This document shows, one piece after another, positions 53,375 to 64,000 of a stretch of DNA of 64,000 nt. A program made the position numbers and the translations under genes. Source of the DNA: Desulfurococcaceae archaeon (GTDB lineage: Archaea > Thermoproteota > Thermoprotei_A > Sulfolobales > Desulfurococcaceae); contig JBMSAO010000037.1 of NCBI GenBank assembly GCA_049414425.1, forward strand, positions 1,731-65,730, given 5' to 3'. Each line of letters begins with the position of its first letter. Position 1 is the first letter of the stretch. The notes beneath the pieces were generated by a model that was given only the letters and a program-made list of their open reading frames with translations, did not search any database and was not told the DNA's origin.

Positions 53375-53974
53375 CTACCTGCTACTGAGAGCTATTCTCT
53401 CTGTTTCATCTTTCTTCTGGATAGCGTAGCTTTTAGAGTCGCCACTAGCCGCCAGTATGATCTCTTCTGCTAGCGCCTCTTCTATTGGAATTGGGTTATT
53501 AAAGGCTCTGAGTCTAGCCCCCTCAGCTATGCGTCTTAGAGCAACATCTATTCTCCTGAGTGGCGAGACGTCTACTGAAATGGGGTACGTAATACCGCCC
53601 TGTGTTATTCTAGTTGTATCTTCGCGAGGCGCGCTGTTCTCAATAGCGCGCGCGAGCACCTGAATGGGGTTCTCTCCTGTCTTCAAGTAGATAATGTCGA
53701 AGGCCTTCTTGACTATATTGTAAGCTAGGTGCTTCTTGCCGGTATTCCCCCCGGGCCTCATGAGCTTGTTTATCAGCCTCTCAACTATTGGAACGTGTGC
53801 TTTACCGAACTTTTTGTGCTCGTGTCTGCTGCCTGTGTGTGGTAGATAGACTGGTTTTAAGCACAAATACCTCTTTAAACTCGGGTCTCTGACTTCAATC
53901 CAGTCGTAACTCCACTTGCCAAAGAGCTTGATCTCGCTGATTTTAATCTCGAGCTCGGACAAGGGAGTCACCAC
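53375..53974 (-). CDS. rps7: 30S ribosomal protein S7 (uS7)
   Basis: [26 protein letters not shown]; conserved position after rps12. Confidence 0.9.
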   Translation of the reverse strand: MVTPLSELEIKISEIKLFGKWSYDWIEVRDPSLKRYLCLKPVYLPHTGSRHEHKKFGKAHVPIVERLINKLMRPGGNTGKKHLAYNIVKKAFDIIYLKTGENPIQVLARAIENSAPREDTTRITQGGITYPISVDVSPLRRIDVALRRIAEGARLRAFNNPIPIEEALAEEIILAASGDSKSYAIQKKDETERIALSSR

Positions 53975-54432
53975 TACCTAACGGGCTTTTGCTTCTTGCC
54001 TAACCACAGGGCTTTAAGGGATACACCATTCACCAATACAACTTTGTACTTTACGCCTGGAATGTCGCCCATAGCGCCTCCAAGTGTACCGCCTATTTTT
54101 TCAATAATTACCTCGTCGTGCTCGTCAATGTAATTTATACCTCCGTCCCATGGAACAAAAGCCGTTACTACTTTACCGTTCTTAACGAGCTGCACTCTAA
54201 CACACTTTCTCAGAGCTGAGTTGGGTTTACGGGACTCCACGCCGACTTTCTCTAGTACAATGCCTCTAGCCATCGGCGCTCCTTCTAGTGGGTCTTCTAG
54301 TAGTCCCTGCTTTCTCAGTATTCTCCTCTTGTACTCTCGCTGATGCAACCTAAACTTCTTTCTCTTCTTAGTCAGCCTCCTCGCCGCGAACAATCCATTA
54401 GGCCCTTTTTTACCGGGCACCCAGCAAAGCAC
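53974..54432 (-). CDS. rps12: 30S ribosomal protein S12 (uS12)
   Basis: [29 protein letters not shown]. The start may be a few codons downstream. Confidence 0.9.
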   Translation of the reverse strand: MLCWVPGKKGPNGLFAARRLTKKRKKFRLHQREYKRRILRKQGLLEDPLEGAPMARGIVLEKVGVESRKPNSALRKCVRVQLVKNGKVVTAFVPWDGGINYIDEHDEVIIEKIGGTLGGAMGDIPGVKYKVVLVNGVSLKALWLGKKQKPVR

Positions 54433-54434
54433 CT

Positions 54435-54887
54435 CTACACTATTATTACCGAGTCTATATCAAAGTGCCTTTTAAGTATTAACCTCGCCCTCTGAACATT
54501 TCTCCCATTTTTACCAATTGCTATGGCCTTGTCTTTTGGGTCTACGGCTACGTAGAGGACTTTTGAGCCATCTGGCCTGTTGACCAGCTTCACGCCTGTA
54601 ACTCTAGCTGGCATTAGTGCGTACTTAACTTGCTCTTCAAAGTTCTCGCTGTAGCCTACTACTTCAATGTTCTTGTTGAGCAGGCTTCTAAGCTTCTGAA
54701 TTATAAAGCCCCTGGGCCCAATGGCTTTTCCAATATCGCCCGGGTCTACTAGGAATATTATTCGGTTATTCTCGTTTTCAATAATACAGTCTCGAACAGA
54801 GACACCTGTCAAGTCGCTGAAAAGAGCCATGTACCTGAACTCCTCGGCCGTTATCTTCACATTCGGCTTTGCTTTACTCAGAAGCAC
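54435..54887 (-). CDS. nusA: Archaeal NusA-like KH-domain protein
   Basis: Two KH motifs (IGKAIGPRG; [11 protein letters not shown]). Sits between rpl30e and rps12. Confidence 0.85.
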   Translation of the reverse strand: MLLSKAKPNVKITAEEFRYMALFSDLTGVSVRDCIIENENNRIIFLVDPGDIGKAIGPRGFIIQKLRSLLNKNIEVVGYSENFEEQVKYALMPARVTGVKLVNRPDGSKVLYVAVDPKDKAIAIGKNGRNVQRARLILKRHFDIDSVIIV

Positions 54888-55209
54888 TCACCTTTGCGGC
54901 CAGCTCTAATATATTCGACTGACCGGGATTTATAATAGCTAGTACGGCGGCGCTGTGAGGTCTCCCAATGACGGCTCCAAGCTCCATGTTTGTGCCGTCA
55001 AATACTATGACTGGAATGCTACTGAGCTTAGCGTAATATGTAATGTCTCTCTTCAAGTCTGGCGGAGCGTTCTTGGCTATGACGACTGTCTTGGCGTTAC
55101 CGTGTAGTACTAGTTTTTTAACTTCTCGCGCACCATACTTAATATCACCAGTTCTCGCGGCTACCTGGAGAGCTTTTACTAGGTCTGGCTTTGAAATCAC
55201 GTCACTCAC
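54874..55209 (-). CDS. rpl30e: 50S ribosomal protein L30e
   Basis: [32 protein letters not shown]...[15 protein letters not shown]. Confidence 0.85.
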   Translation of the reverse strand: MSDVISKPDLVKALQVAARTGDIKYGAREVKKLVLHGNAKTVVIAKNAPPDLKRDITYYAKLSSIPVIVFDGTNMELGAVIGRPHSAAVLAIINPGQSNILELAAKVSASE

Positions 55210-56437
55210 CCTCGGGCTTCTTAGTGGAGATATTCATGAATACTCTCACTATACTAGTACCCACTGGAGGCAACTGCCCTAAAATAATGTTTTCTGTGAT
55301 TCCTAGTAGCGGGTCTTCTTCACCCATAACAGTGCTCTCCACGAGCTTCTGTACAGTTGTCTCGAAAGTAGCTCTGGCTAGGACACTGGGCTTCTCGCCG
55401 GCTATTCCCATTCTGCCAATTTGTCTTATGTGACCAGTCCAAGTCATCATGTCAGCTAGTAACATAATGTGTCTAATGTCCACGTCGAGGCCTTGGTCGC
55501 TGAGGACGTTGTATATTTCCTTTATAATTGCCGCTCTAGCGGCCTCTATGCCTAAGACTCTCGCGATCTCGTGTATGTCATTAGTGTAGACACGGCGCCA
55601 GTCAATACCCGGCACGCGCATGACTTCCTCTAAATTACTCCCCTCAGCAATAATCACGTACTCGTCACCTCTGCGCTGAATAATTGTTTTCTTAATTCCC
55701 TTAACGCCCTTGAGATACGTCTGGAGAACTGCTGTTCTCGCCTTCTCTACCTTAACCGGGTCTAAGTACTCGTCGCTGAGGGTTAGTATTATCTCGTAGG
55801 GGTCTTCGCTGGAGACCTCTACTGAGCCTATATTGAGATCTCCCAGCGCGTTTATGACCTGCTCTACTGTAACGCCTTTATTACTGAGCATTTCTGGGTC
55901 TAGCCTTATTTTCATTGTGCCCATCTCATAGCTGATCTCTATCTCTCGCGTGACGTTTTCTAAATATGTGCACTCTATTCTCCTAGCAACTTCCATTGCT
56001 TTTTCAACATCGCGTTTCCACGCTTCAGCGAGGTAGATCTCGGTAATAGGAGTCTCGGGCTTCTTCTTAGCGTCTACTATTTCAATAAGTCGAGGTAGTC
56101 CAAGAGTAATATTGTACTCTCTTACACCAGCGTAGTGGAATACTCTCAGTGTCATTTGCGTCGAGGGCTCACCGATACTCTGAGCAGTTATAGTGCCCAC
56201 GGCTTCCCCGGGCTCTATAAAGGCGGAGTGATACCTATTCACGACTTCCCAGGCTATTTTCTCAATAACCTCGGGCTTTAAGTTGTACTTCTCCACGACC
56301 TCTCTCAATTTCTTCGAGAGCTCAAGGTGTATTTGTGGAGTTAAGTAGGGTTTTACTTCTTCTAGTATCTCTTCGAGACTCTTCCCACCACTCTTCATGG
56401 TCTTACCCGTGTATGTACTTCTCAATAATTCTATCAA
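55202..56437 (-). CDS. rpoA2: RNA polymerase subunit A'' (Rpo1C)
   Basis: [30 protein letters not shown]. The true start is probably the Met at 56398 (MKSGGKS), which removes the overlap with rpoA1. Confidence 0.95.
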   Translation of the reverse strand: MIELLRSTYTGKTMKSGGKSLEEILEEVKPYLTPQIHLELSKKLREVVEKYNLKPEVIEKIAWEVVNRYHSAFIEPGEAVGTITAQSIGEPSTQMTLRVFHYAGVREYNITLGLPRLIEIVDAKKKPETPITEIYLAEAWKRDVEKAMEVARRIECTYLENVTREIEISYEMGTMKIRLDPEMLSNKGVTVEQVINALGDLNIGSVEVSSEDPYEIILTLSDEYLDPVKVEKARTAVLQTYLKGVKGIKKTIIQRRGDEYVIIAEGSNLEEVMRVPGIDWRRVYTNDIHEIARVLGIEAARAAIIKEIYNVLSDQGLDVDIRHIMLLADMMTWTGHIRQIGRMGIAGEKPSVLARATFETTVQKLVESTVMGEEDPLLGITENIILGQLPPVGTSIVRVFMNISTKKPEGE

Positions 56438-59072
56438 TGTTCACGGGCTTGCCATGGTCGCTCTTCATTGGGTCTACGCCGTCCTCGCCGTATATGAGTT
56501 GCACTAGCTCTCCAGAAGTCGTTCTAACCGAGCCATCGTACTGGACTACGAGGTCCTGAAGAGCGTTTATGAGCCTTCTCTGCATGTAGCCAGACTGGCT
56601 AGTTCTAACTGCCGTGTCTATTAAGCCCTCCCTGCCGGCAGCTGTGTGGAAGAAGAACTCTAATGGGTTAAGCCCGTCGACAAAGCCGCTCGCTATGAAG
56701 CCTCTTGCCTCAGCTCCTAAATCTCCGGGCTTGAAGTGAGGTAGCATTCTCCCGGCGTATCCCCGGTCAAGTCTCCTACCTCTAACAGTCTGTTGTGCGA
56801 GCAGGCCGCTCATCTGCGCCAAGTTAATTGGATTCCCTCTAGCACCAGTTCTCGCCATTATGACTACTGAATTTGCAAGTGACATGTGCTTAGTTAGGAG
56901 ATCAGCCACCTCGTCGAGAAGCTTCTTTGAGAGCGCATTAATGATCTCGTCTTCTAGAGTCTCCTCCACGGTTTTTCCGGGTTTAGATTGTAGTAGCCCT
57001 TCTTTGTACAGTCTTATTAGCTCACCGACCTCCTCCCTCTTCTTCTCAATAATCTCGTGAATAGACCTCTTAAATTCGGGTCTGACGGCTAAGTGGTCAT
57101 AGCTCATCGTGAAGCCGTAGATCTCGCACATAGTTACAAACATCTTGTAGACTCTGTCCATGAACTCTCTAGCCAGGTTTTCACCGTACTCCTTTATTAG
57201 CCAGTGTACAATATTCTCAGGCTCCTCTCTGCCAATACTGCTCTTGTCAATTACCCCCTCGAGGAGAACCCCGTTTCTAATAATGACAATACTGTCGTGG
57301 GGACAGTCTTCGTCGAGGCACCTTAATATGGAGGCTTTTCCTATATTCGCCATTTTCTTGTAATTGAAGTCTCTTGGTAGGAACAGCGAAAAGATCTGCT
57401 TGCCCGTCCAGTACTCTCTAGGCTTAAGTATAGCTGGCTCTGAGAGAACGCCCTTGTAGCCTGCGGAGGCGAGTAGTCGTGCGACCTTGTCCTTAGTTAG
57501 GAGTGTCGATTTAACTGTTAACAAGTAAGCACCGCTAATGTAGTCTTGCAGCCCACCTATTATGGGACCACCGTACCTCGGTGTCAGTATGTGTTTCTCG
57601 ACGAGCATTAAGAGTCTTACTTCGGCACGCGCCTCTTCACTCTGAGGAACATGCATGTTCATCTCGTCTCCATCAAAGTCAGCGTTATACGGTGGACACA
57701 CTAGCAAGCTTAACCTGAAAGTCTTGTACGGGAGTACTCTGACAATGTGCGCCATTACTGAAATTCTGTGTAGTGATGGCTGTCTGTTAAAGAGGACCAC
57801 ATCGCCATCTAGTAAGTGCCTCTCTACTATAAAGCCCGGCTCTAGCGACTCGGCGGCGGCTTTCCTGTCGTGGTACTTTAAGTTAATTTTCTTTCCATCT
57901 GGTCTGACTATGTGAACAGCGCCAGGCCACTTGTCGGGGCCGTTGAGGACTAGTCTGCGGAGTAACTCGATATTCCACGGTGTTACTCGCTCTGGCATAG
58001 TCAGCTTCTTTGCTATTTCCTCTGGAACTCCTACTTCGTTTATACTCAAGTTGGGGTCTGGGCTTACTACTGTTCTAGCAGAGTAATCAACACGCTTACC
58101 TCTCAAGTTGCTTCTGAATCTGCCTTCTTTACCCTTAAGCCTCTGCGCCAGGCCTTTTAGGGGTTTACCGCTTCTGTGCCTAGCCACTGGTACACCCGAT
58201 ACCTCGTTGTCGAAGTAAGTAGTGGCGTGGTATTGAAGCAAGTTCCACTCCTCCTCGACAATAGCTTCGGGAGCGCCGCTCTCTATGTGTTCTTTGAGCC
58301 TGATATTAGTCCTCACTATGTCTACGAGTTTGTGTGTTAAGTCGTCTTCGCTCCTCATGCCGGTTTCTAGTACTACAGACGGTCTCACCTGCCTGGGTGG
58401 TATGGGGAGTACGGTTAACACCATCCACTCCGGTCTCGCGTCTTTGGGGTCGCCTCCTAGGAGCCTCACATCATCATCGGGTATTTTCTCTAGGTGCTTT
58501 CTCACCTCGCTCGGTGTGACTTTTCTCAAGCCGGTCTCTGTCTTAACGTAGAATGTGTGCGGCTTTTCGAGCTTGTACTCTAGGGACTGCGCTCCGCAGT
58601 GTGGACACGTAGTAGTGCTGGCAGCTTTCTTTCTAATGTACTCGTGTAGCCTCTTCTTGAGGTACGTGAGTTTTAGATTTTCGAGGTCTTCGAGAAGTTT
58701 CAGTAACTCAACTCTTTCACTTTCAGGTATCTTTATTCTCCCGCAGTTACTACAAGTAGCCTTCAGGTACGTTAAAATGTACTTAGCGAAGGCTACGTGT
58801 ATAACAGGCTTTGCGAGCTCTAAGTGCCCAAAGTGCCCTACACAATTTTCTCTGCTGTTTCCACAGACAGGGCACTTTTCAAGAGGCTCCATCGCACCCA
58901 TGCGCCTGTCCATTACGCCTCCGTCTATTGGTGTCCCGTCAGTGTCAAACACGTTAGCTGTTACAATAGTTGTAACGCTCATTTTTCGTATCTCGTCGGG
59001 TGAGAGTATTCCGAATTTCATCTTGGAAACTCTAGTAGTCGGGAATCCACTAGCTCTAAGCACAGTCTTCAC
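56403..59072 (-). CDS. rpoA1: RNA polymerase subunit A' (Rpo1N)
   Basis: Zn motifs [17 protein letters not shown], catalytic [10 protein letters not shown], 889 aa. Confidence 0.95.
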   Translation of the reverse strand: MKTVLRASGFPTTRVSKMKFGILSPDEIRKMSVTTIVTANVFDTDGTPIDGGVMDRRMGAMEPLEKCPVCGNSRENCVGHFGHLELAKPVIHVAFAKYILTYLKATCSNCGRIKIPESERVELLKLLEDLENLKLTYLKKRLHEYIRKKAASTTTCPHCGAQSLEYKLEKPHTFYVKTETGLRKVTPSEVRKHLEKIPDDDVRLLGGDPKDARPEWMVLTVLPIPPRQVRPSVVLETGMRSEDDLTHKLVDIVRTNIRLKEHIESGAPEAIVEEEWNLLQYHATTYFDNEVSGVPVARHRSGKPLKGLAQRLKGKEGRFRSNLRGKRVDYSARTVVSPDPNLSINEVGVPEEIAKKLTMPERVTPWNIELLRRLVLNGPDKWPGAVHIVRPDGKKINLKYHDRKAAAESLEPGFIVERHLLDGDVVLFNRQPSLHRISVMAHIVRVLPYKTFRLSLLVCPPYNADFDGDEMNMHVPQSEEARAEVRLLMLVEKHILTPRYGGPIIGGLQDYISGAYLLTVKSTLLTKDKVARLLASAGYKGVLSEPAILKPREYWTGKQIFSLFLPRDFNYKKMANIGKASILRCLDEDCPHDSIVIIRNGVLLEGVIDKSSIGREEPENIVHWLIKEYGENLAREFMDRVYKMFVTMCEIYGFTMSYDHLAVRPEFKRSIHEIIEKKREEVGELIRLYKEGLLQSKPGKTVEETLEDEIINALSKKLLDEVADLLTKHMSLANSVVIMARTGARGNPINLAQMSGLLAQQTVRGRRLDRGYAGRMLPHFKPGDLGAEARGFIASGFVDGLNPLEFFFHTAAGREGLIDTAVRTSQSGYMQRRLINALQDLVVQYDGSVRTTSGELVQLIYGEDGVDPMKSDHGKPVNIDRIIEKYIHG

Positions 59073-62000
59073 CTCGCTCCTAACTCCTCAACTATTAATC
59101 TAGGCCTTATACCCATACTCATAAGCTCCTGGATGAGTAGTTTAAACGCGTATGTCACTTCGACGGGTTTTAGTGTAGCCTTGTCTTTGTGTATTGGGCA
59201 CATAAGCCTGTCCTTATTTACGTCGTAGTGGCCTATCATGCCGCACTCTTCGCACACGTGTATAACTACGCGGTCACTGCGCTCTCTCATAGTCTCTCTC
59301 AGCACAATTGAGGAGCCGTGCCCAATGAGACAGTCAACTTCCATTTCACCCCATCTCAGTCCGCCCTCTCTTGAGCGTCCCTGTGTGGGCTGTCTTGTTA
59401 GGATCTGGACCGGCCCTCTCGCTCTTGCGTGTATTTTATCGCTCACCATGTGGTGTAGTCTCTGGTAGTATACGATGCCGATGAATATTGGCGTCTCAAT
59501 AATCTCTCCCGTTCTCCCATCATACATTACCTCCTCGCCTGTGGATGAGAATCCATAGCGCTTTAAGACCAGCCTCAAGTTGCTTGTGTCCTCTTTGAAG
59601 AACGGTGTTGCGTCAACTAACTCGCCCCGCAGAGCGGCGGCTTTGCCAGCTATGCTTTCAAGTAGATGTCCCACAGTCATTCTGCTCGGAAACGCGTGTG
59701 GGTTAATTATGAGATCTGGGGTTACACCATCCTCCGTGAAGGGCATGTCGTACTGCGGGATCAAGAGCCCTACCACTCCCTTCTGCCCGTGTCTAGAAGC
59801 GAACTTGTCTCCCAGTTCTGGGACTCTGAGGTCTCTTACTCTAGCTTTTATTAGCCTATTGCCCTCGCTGTCCGTGGTGATCACTACTACGTCCACTACT
59901 CCCTTCTCACCGTGTCTAACAGTCACACTAGCATCATTTTTAACTAGACTACTTGCACCCTCGTACTCGGCTACTTGGAACCTAGAGGGACTAATCTTCC
60001 CAATAAGAACCTCTCCGCCAACCACTTCTGTCTCGGGGGCCACAATGCCGTCTTCTTCGAGTTTATCGTAGGCTCTAAGCCCCTTGTAGTTTCTAATACC
60101 AGGTGGCGGTTTAGTGATTTCGTCTTGAATACCACCCGGGTATTTCTTCTCTACTGTAGAGTAAAGCCTGAAGAACGTTGATCTAGCGAGCCCCCTCTCA
60201 ACACTGCTCTTGTTTAGGATTACAGCGTCTTCCATGTTGTACCCGGTGAACGAGTAAATAGCTACAACCATGTTCTGCCCAGCGGCTCTCTCATTATACC
60301 CTATGATCTCTATCGCTCTGGCCTGGACGAGTGGTTTCTGTGGATAGTGTAGTAGGTGCCCGCGCGTGTCTACTCTGCGCTGGAAGTTAGCTGTGGTGAG
60401 ACCTAGTGCCTGTTTAGCCATAGCGGCCTGGTACATGTTTCTTGGACTCTGGTTGTGCTCAGCATATGGTATAATCGACGCTGTGATCCCGAGAATTCCG
60501 GGTATCCAGAGCTCCAAGTGAGTGTGCTCCTCTGCGACCTGATCTGGTGTTAGCGCGGTGTAAGTGTTCTCCTCCTCATCTGGGTCAATGTACTCTATAA
60601 TGCCCATTCTTACGAGGTCGTCGAATGTCACCTCGCCTCTCTCGACCCTCTTGACAATTTCTTTTGTTAATTTTGACCTACCGTTCTCTACGACTATTAG
60701 TGGTCTCCTAATGCGCCCAGCGTCCGTGTTGACTACGACCTCGTCTATATACTCGGTCTTGATGTGAGCGATATTCACTTCGTGACTGATCCGCCCTCTC
60801 CTTCTCAACTCTCTAATAGTCTTAGCGAGCTTCTCGCCGTTTGGATGATAGCCTATTAACTTGCCGTTTAGGAATACTCTACTCCAGCCCTTGAACTCTT
60901 CTTCTACGGGCTCTCCTCTGCTAGTAAGCTCTGCAATGAGATCTAAGTAGCCCTCCTTAACTTTCCCCTTCACTTTCCTAGTAACTACAGGTAGAACACC
61001 CAGCTCGTATAGTAGCTCCTCGATCTCTCTGTCGTCTATACCTACACTAACATTAACCATGAGGGCTAAGTTCTTCACTAGTCCAATGTTAGCGCCTTCC
61101 GGCGTCTCTACTGGGCATATTCTACCCCACTGTGTTCCGTGGAGCTCTCTAGCCTCGAAGTGTGGTTGTGTTCTAGCTAGTGGAGAAACCACTCTTCTCA
61201 AGTGGCTAAGAGTGCTGAGAATGTTTGTCCTGTCTACTAACTGACTTGCACCCGTTCTACCACCAGGCCAGTTACCAGTGGCCATTGCGCTGAGAATCTT
61301 GTCTGTTATAGCAGTGTGCTTAAACGCGGTCCTCAACTCGGCTCTCTTGCTCTTCGAGATTTGCCTCTCAAGCTCTTCCCGCAGATCTCTAATAAACGAT
61401 ATTAAAGCAGTTCTAATTAGAGTTGCCAGGAGGTCGCCTGCCAGTTTGAGCCTCTTATTTCTATAGTGGTCTTTATCATCTGGTTTTCTAAAGCCGCGTT
61501 TAAGCTCAATTATTCTGGCGATCATCTGCCCTATAAACACGGCCTTCATAAGTCTGGTCTCTCTGCTCGAGTCTATACCTATGTGTGGTAGTAGCCTCTC
61601 GTCGAGGAGCCTCTGAGCCCTAGCTATTCTCTCTTCTCTAGGTCTACCAATAGCGAATCTCGAACCGATATAGTCTAGAGCGGCCTCTAAAACCTGCTTC
61701 CTGTACTCTTCTACGGCTTTCTTAACCTCCTCTTCAGAGGCTTCTGGGGGCACTTCTAACTTTGGTAGAATTTGCTCTGCCTGGACTATTGAAGGCATTA
61801 ACTCGTAGTGGAATAAGGGATCTGGGCTCACAGTGTAGAGGATCTCGGGAGTGTAGAGCCCTAGTGCAATCATGAGTACAACAGCGGGTATCTTGTGACC
61901 CTGGAAGCTAGCGTAGAATATGCCGTCTTTCCTGAGGTCTATTATTAGTTGTGAGCGCCTCCCGCGAGCGGCACTAATAACCTTTGCTGTGTGCGTGATG

Positions 62001-62548
62001 CCGGCGCCTTCCTGCCCGTAGTCTACTATAATAGTGTTACTAGCAAGGTCTTCCTGCGCGACGAGGACTCTCTCGCTTCCATTAATAATAAAGTAGCCGC
62101 CGGGGTCTTTCGGGTCCTCTCCGATTTCGATTAGCTCATCGGGGCTCATTTTGCTTAGTGGGTCAATATCCGATTTCAGCATTACCGGCAAGTCCATTAA
62201 TTTCAGCTCGACCTCGCGTGTGGACACCTCGCCCTCGAGCCTCACAGTGACGTAGACTGAAACCATATACGTTAAGTTCCTGACTCTGCACTCGAGCGGC
62301 GTCTTGTAGTTCGCTGTGCCGTCTACATCGACCCACTGAGGTTTAATCCCTATTCTCAGCTTCTCAATGACGAGTTTTGCGCTCCCCGTTATTGGTATCT
62401 CTCTGAACTCTGATATTATTGCTGGCAGTATTTCCTTTACGAATCTGTTATAGCTGTCGAGGTGCTGTCTGACGAGTCCTTTTTCCTCGAGGTACTTACG
62501 CGCAACAATCCAGAGGTCTTCTATTGTTAGAGTCTCGTTGGAGCTCAA
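59069..62548 (-). CDS. rpoB: RNA polymerase subunit B (Rpo2), unsplit
   Basis: [26 protein letters not shown]-terminal Zn ribbon CEECG...CPIH. 1159 aa as one ORF. ATGA overlap with rpoA1. Confidence 0.95.
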   Translation of the reverse strand: MSSNETLTIEDLWIVARKYLEEKGLVRQHLDSYNRFVKEILPAIISEFREIPITGSAKLVIEKLRIGIKPQWVDVDGTANYKTPLECRVRNLTYMVSVYVTVRLEGEVSTREVELKLMDLPVMLKSDIDPLSKMSPDELIEIGEDPKDPGGYFIINGSERVLVAQEDLASNTIIVDYGQEGAGITHTAKVISAARGRRSQLIIDLRKDGIFYASFQGHKIPAVVLMIALGLYTPEILYTVSPDPLFHYELMPSIVQAEQILPKLEVPPEASEEEVKKAVEEYRKQVLEAALDYIGSRFAIGRPREERIARAQRLLDERLLPHIGIDSSRETRLMKAVFIGQMIARIIELKRGFRKPDDKDHYRNKRLKLAGDLLATLIRTALISFIRDLREELERQISKSKRAELRTAFKHTAITDKILSAMATGNWPGGRTGASQLVDRTNILSTLSHLRRVVSPLARTQPHFEARELHGTQWGRICPVETPEGANIGLVKNLALMVNVSVGIDDREIEELLYELGVLPVVTRKVKGKVKEGYLDLIAELTSRGEPVEEEFKGWSRVFLNGKLIGYHPNGEKLAKTIRELRRRGRISHEVNIAHIKTEYIDEVVVNTDAGRIRRPLIVVENGRSKLTKEIVKRVERGEVTFDDLVRMGIIEYIDPDEEENTYTALTPDQVAEEHTHLELWIPGILGITASIIPYAEHNQSPRNMYQAAMAKQALGLTTANFQRRVDTRGHLLHYPQKPLVQARAIEIIGYNERAAGQNMVVAIYSFTGYNMEDAVILNKSSVERGLARSTFFRLYSTVEKKYPGGIQDEITKPPPGIRNYKGLRAYDKLEEDGIVAPETEVVGGEVLIGKISPSRFQVAEYEGASSLVKNDASVTVRHGEKGVVDVVVITTDSEGNRLIKARVRDLRVPELGDKFASRHGQKGVVGLLIPQYDMPFTEDGVTPDLIINPHAFPSRMTVGHLLESIAGKAAALRGELVDATPFFKEDTSNLRLVLKRYGFSSTGEEVMYDGRTGEIIETPIFIGIVYYQRLHHMVSDKIHARARGPVQILTRQPTQGRSREGGLRWGEMEVDCLIGHGSSIVLRETMRERSDRVVIHVCEECGMIGHYDVNKDRLMCPIHKDKATLKPVEVTYAFKLLIQELMSMGIRPRLIVEELGAR

Positions 62549-62802
62549 GACTTCTTAGTCACCTCGGGGACTACGTATCTATAAGCAATAGATAAGCCCG
62601 CGGTGGGGCTCTTCCTGATAATCCTCACAATGTCTCCTGGTTTGGCGCCAATAGCCCTCACTACTGGGTCGTTTGCAGACATCCACTGGAGTTGCCAGGG
62701 CTCGACGCCCAGCTCTTCTAGTACTTTGCGAGCCTCCTCGGGGGAGAGTACTTCGTGCTTGGGTACTAACTCGTGCTCTAGAATGTTTATTTTCTCACTC
62801 AT
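62545..62802 (-). CDS. rpoH: RNA polymerase subunit H (Rpo5)
   Basis: [27 protein letters not shown]...[14 protein letters not shown]. Confidence 0.9.
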   Translation of the reverse strand: MSEKINILEHELVPKHEVLSPEEARKVLEELGVEPWQLQWMSANDPVVRAIGAKPGDIVRIIRKSPTAGLSIAYRYVVPEVTKKS

Positions 62803-62944
62803 TTAAGCGCAACACCCACGGGGGAAGTATTCTAGCGCCTACTAATAAACTGGTATAGAGGTTTTTAAATAGCGATTCGCGGAGAGGTTACCTAGTCACT
62901 GGGAGTTCTAGTAGTCGAGAGTAGTAGTGTGGAGTTGGTGAGTG

Positions 62945-63032
<88 letters not shown>

Positions 63033-63135
63033 ATCTCCGAGTCTATCTAAATTACCTGTCCGGGTTTTAAAGCGATTTCTCCGGGAATATGTGTTTGTGA
63101 GGTTTAATTGTAGCTCTAAGGCAGGGTTTTAATTC

Positions 63136-64000
63136 ATGTATGTTAGTTTTGATTTAGTCGAGGAGATACTGAGAAGGCGCGGTCTTGTCTCGAGAATTTT
63201 TGCTAATAGAGAGGTGCTACACCCAGACTACATACCCGAAACTCTCCCTCACAGAGAGAGGGAGATAGCTAAGCTGGCGGAGATTCTCGTTATTTCAGCT
63301 AAGGGTGAGAGGCCTAGTAACGTGTTTCTGTACGGACTCACAGGCACTGGTAAAACAGCTGTTGCTAAGTACGTCGTTAAAAGACTAGTAGAGAAGGCCT
63401 CTACATATGGTGTAGAGCTCAACTACGCCTACGTTAATACTAGAAAAGTCGACACGGCTTACAAAGTTCTAGCATCAATAGCTTCTAGTTTAGGACTCCG
63501 CGTACCCCACACGGGACTCGCCGTTAGTGAAGTGTACAGACGCTACGTGAGCGCTCTCGACAGCTGGGGCGGTTTGCACATTGTGATACTAGACGAAATA
63601 GACTTCTTCGTCAAGAGGAACGGTGACGACGTGCTGTACAAGCTCCTCCGCGTAAACGAGGACTTAGTGAGCGCGCGTGTATCCGTTATAGGCATTACAA
63701 ATGATCTAAACTTCGTAGAGGGCCTCGACCCGAGAGTGAGGTCTAGTCTGGGCGAAGAGGAAATAGTCTTCCAGCCGTACAACGCAGACCAGCTATTCAC
63801 GATTCTAAAGCAGCGAGCTGAACTAGCGTTTAAACCTGGAGTTATAGACGACAGCGTGGTCTCGTACTGCGCAGCCCTCGCCGCCAGAGAGCACGGTGAT
63901 GCGAGGAGAGCCCTAGACCTACTCAGAATCTCGGGTGAAATGGGCGAGAGAGAAGGCGCAGAGAGAGTTACCATTGACCACGTGAAAAAAGCTTCCCTCG
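63136..64000 (+). CDS. cdc6: Orc1/Cdc6 replication initiator (paralog 2), 3'-truncated by the window edge; absent from the ORF track
   Basis: ATG at 63136, open to the end of the window. LPHREREIAKL, Walker A GLTGTGKTA, Walker B IVILDEID, sensor GITND, GDARRALDLL. The minus ORF 63543..63974 is its antisense shadow. Confidence 0.9.
   Translation, partial: MYVSFDLVEEILRRRGLVSRIFANREVLHPDYIPETLPHREREIAKLAEILVISAKGERPSNVFLYGLTGTGKTAVAKYVVKRLVEKASTYGVELNYAYVNTRKVDTAYKVLASIASSLGLRVPHTGLAVSEVYRRYVSALDSWGGLHIVILDEIDFFVKRNGDDVLYKLLRVNEDLVSARVSVIGITNDLNFVEGLDPRVRSSLGEEEIVFQPYNADQLFTILKQRAELAFKPGVIDDSVVSYCAALAAREHGDARRALDLLRISGEMGEREGAERVTIDHVKKASL

Noticed and set aside
55043-62858. Many 60-180-aa ORFs antisense to or out of frame with the RNAP subunit, EF-1alpha and ribosomal protein genes (e.g. 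58555..59103, 59580..60071, 50446..50901)
   Set aside because: They lie entirely within highly conserved genes on the other strand or frame. Their translations are Ser/Leu/Pro-rich with no motifs.
63543-63974. 143-aa minus-strand ORF at the right edge
   Set aside because: It is the antisense shadow of the partial Orc1/Cdc6 gene (63136 to the end of the window), which carries clear AAA+ motifs.

Overview
This 64-kb window looks like chromosomal DNA from a hyperthermophilic crenarchaeon (Thermoprotei, Desulfurococcales-like). The evidence is an unsplit RNA polymerase B subunit, the order rpoH-rpoB-rpoA'-rpoA''-rpl30e-nusA-rps12-rps7-tuf-rps10 with no EF-2 gene between rps7 and tuf, intron-containing tRNAs, two Orc1/Cdc6 genes, Hel308 and PriL. 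Coding density is high. I call about 80 protein genes and 8 tRNA genes, 5 of them with introns. I saw no rRNA genes, CRISPR arrays, IS elements or integrases.

The right half (41-63 kb) holds the conserved ribosomal-protein, RNAP and EF-1alpha superoperons. The left half mixes housekeeping genes (dys, ppa, sucCD, moeA, aspS, adk, fni, gltX and serine and inositol-phosphate pathway genes) with poorly characterised genes.

The most interesting locus is at 5.7-9.9 kb. An unlisted 33-codon ORF (6460-6561) encodes a peptide ending FCAKLCRTVCSGY, i.e. three CxxxC-spaced Cys. It lies between a divergent ArsR-type regulator and a radical SAM enzyme with a SPASM-like C-terminus, followed by an ABC-2 exporter. 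That layout is typical of a RiPP (sactipeptide/ranthipeptide-like) cluster. The ABC ATPase gene carries an in-frame TAA and a frameshift.

Other points:
- A 5'-truncated, heavily repeated coiled-coil surface protein at the left edge.
- A tandem paralog pair at 1.5-2.7 kb.
- Two GC-rich intergenic islands that share motifs and may be ncRNAs.
- A membrane-tethered wHTH regulator operon.
- A partial Orc1/Cdc6 gene at the right edge that the ORF track misses.
- Visible enrichment of CTAG/ACTAGT.

All protein calls rest on motif recognition by eye; no database search was run.
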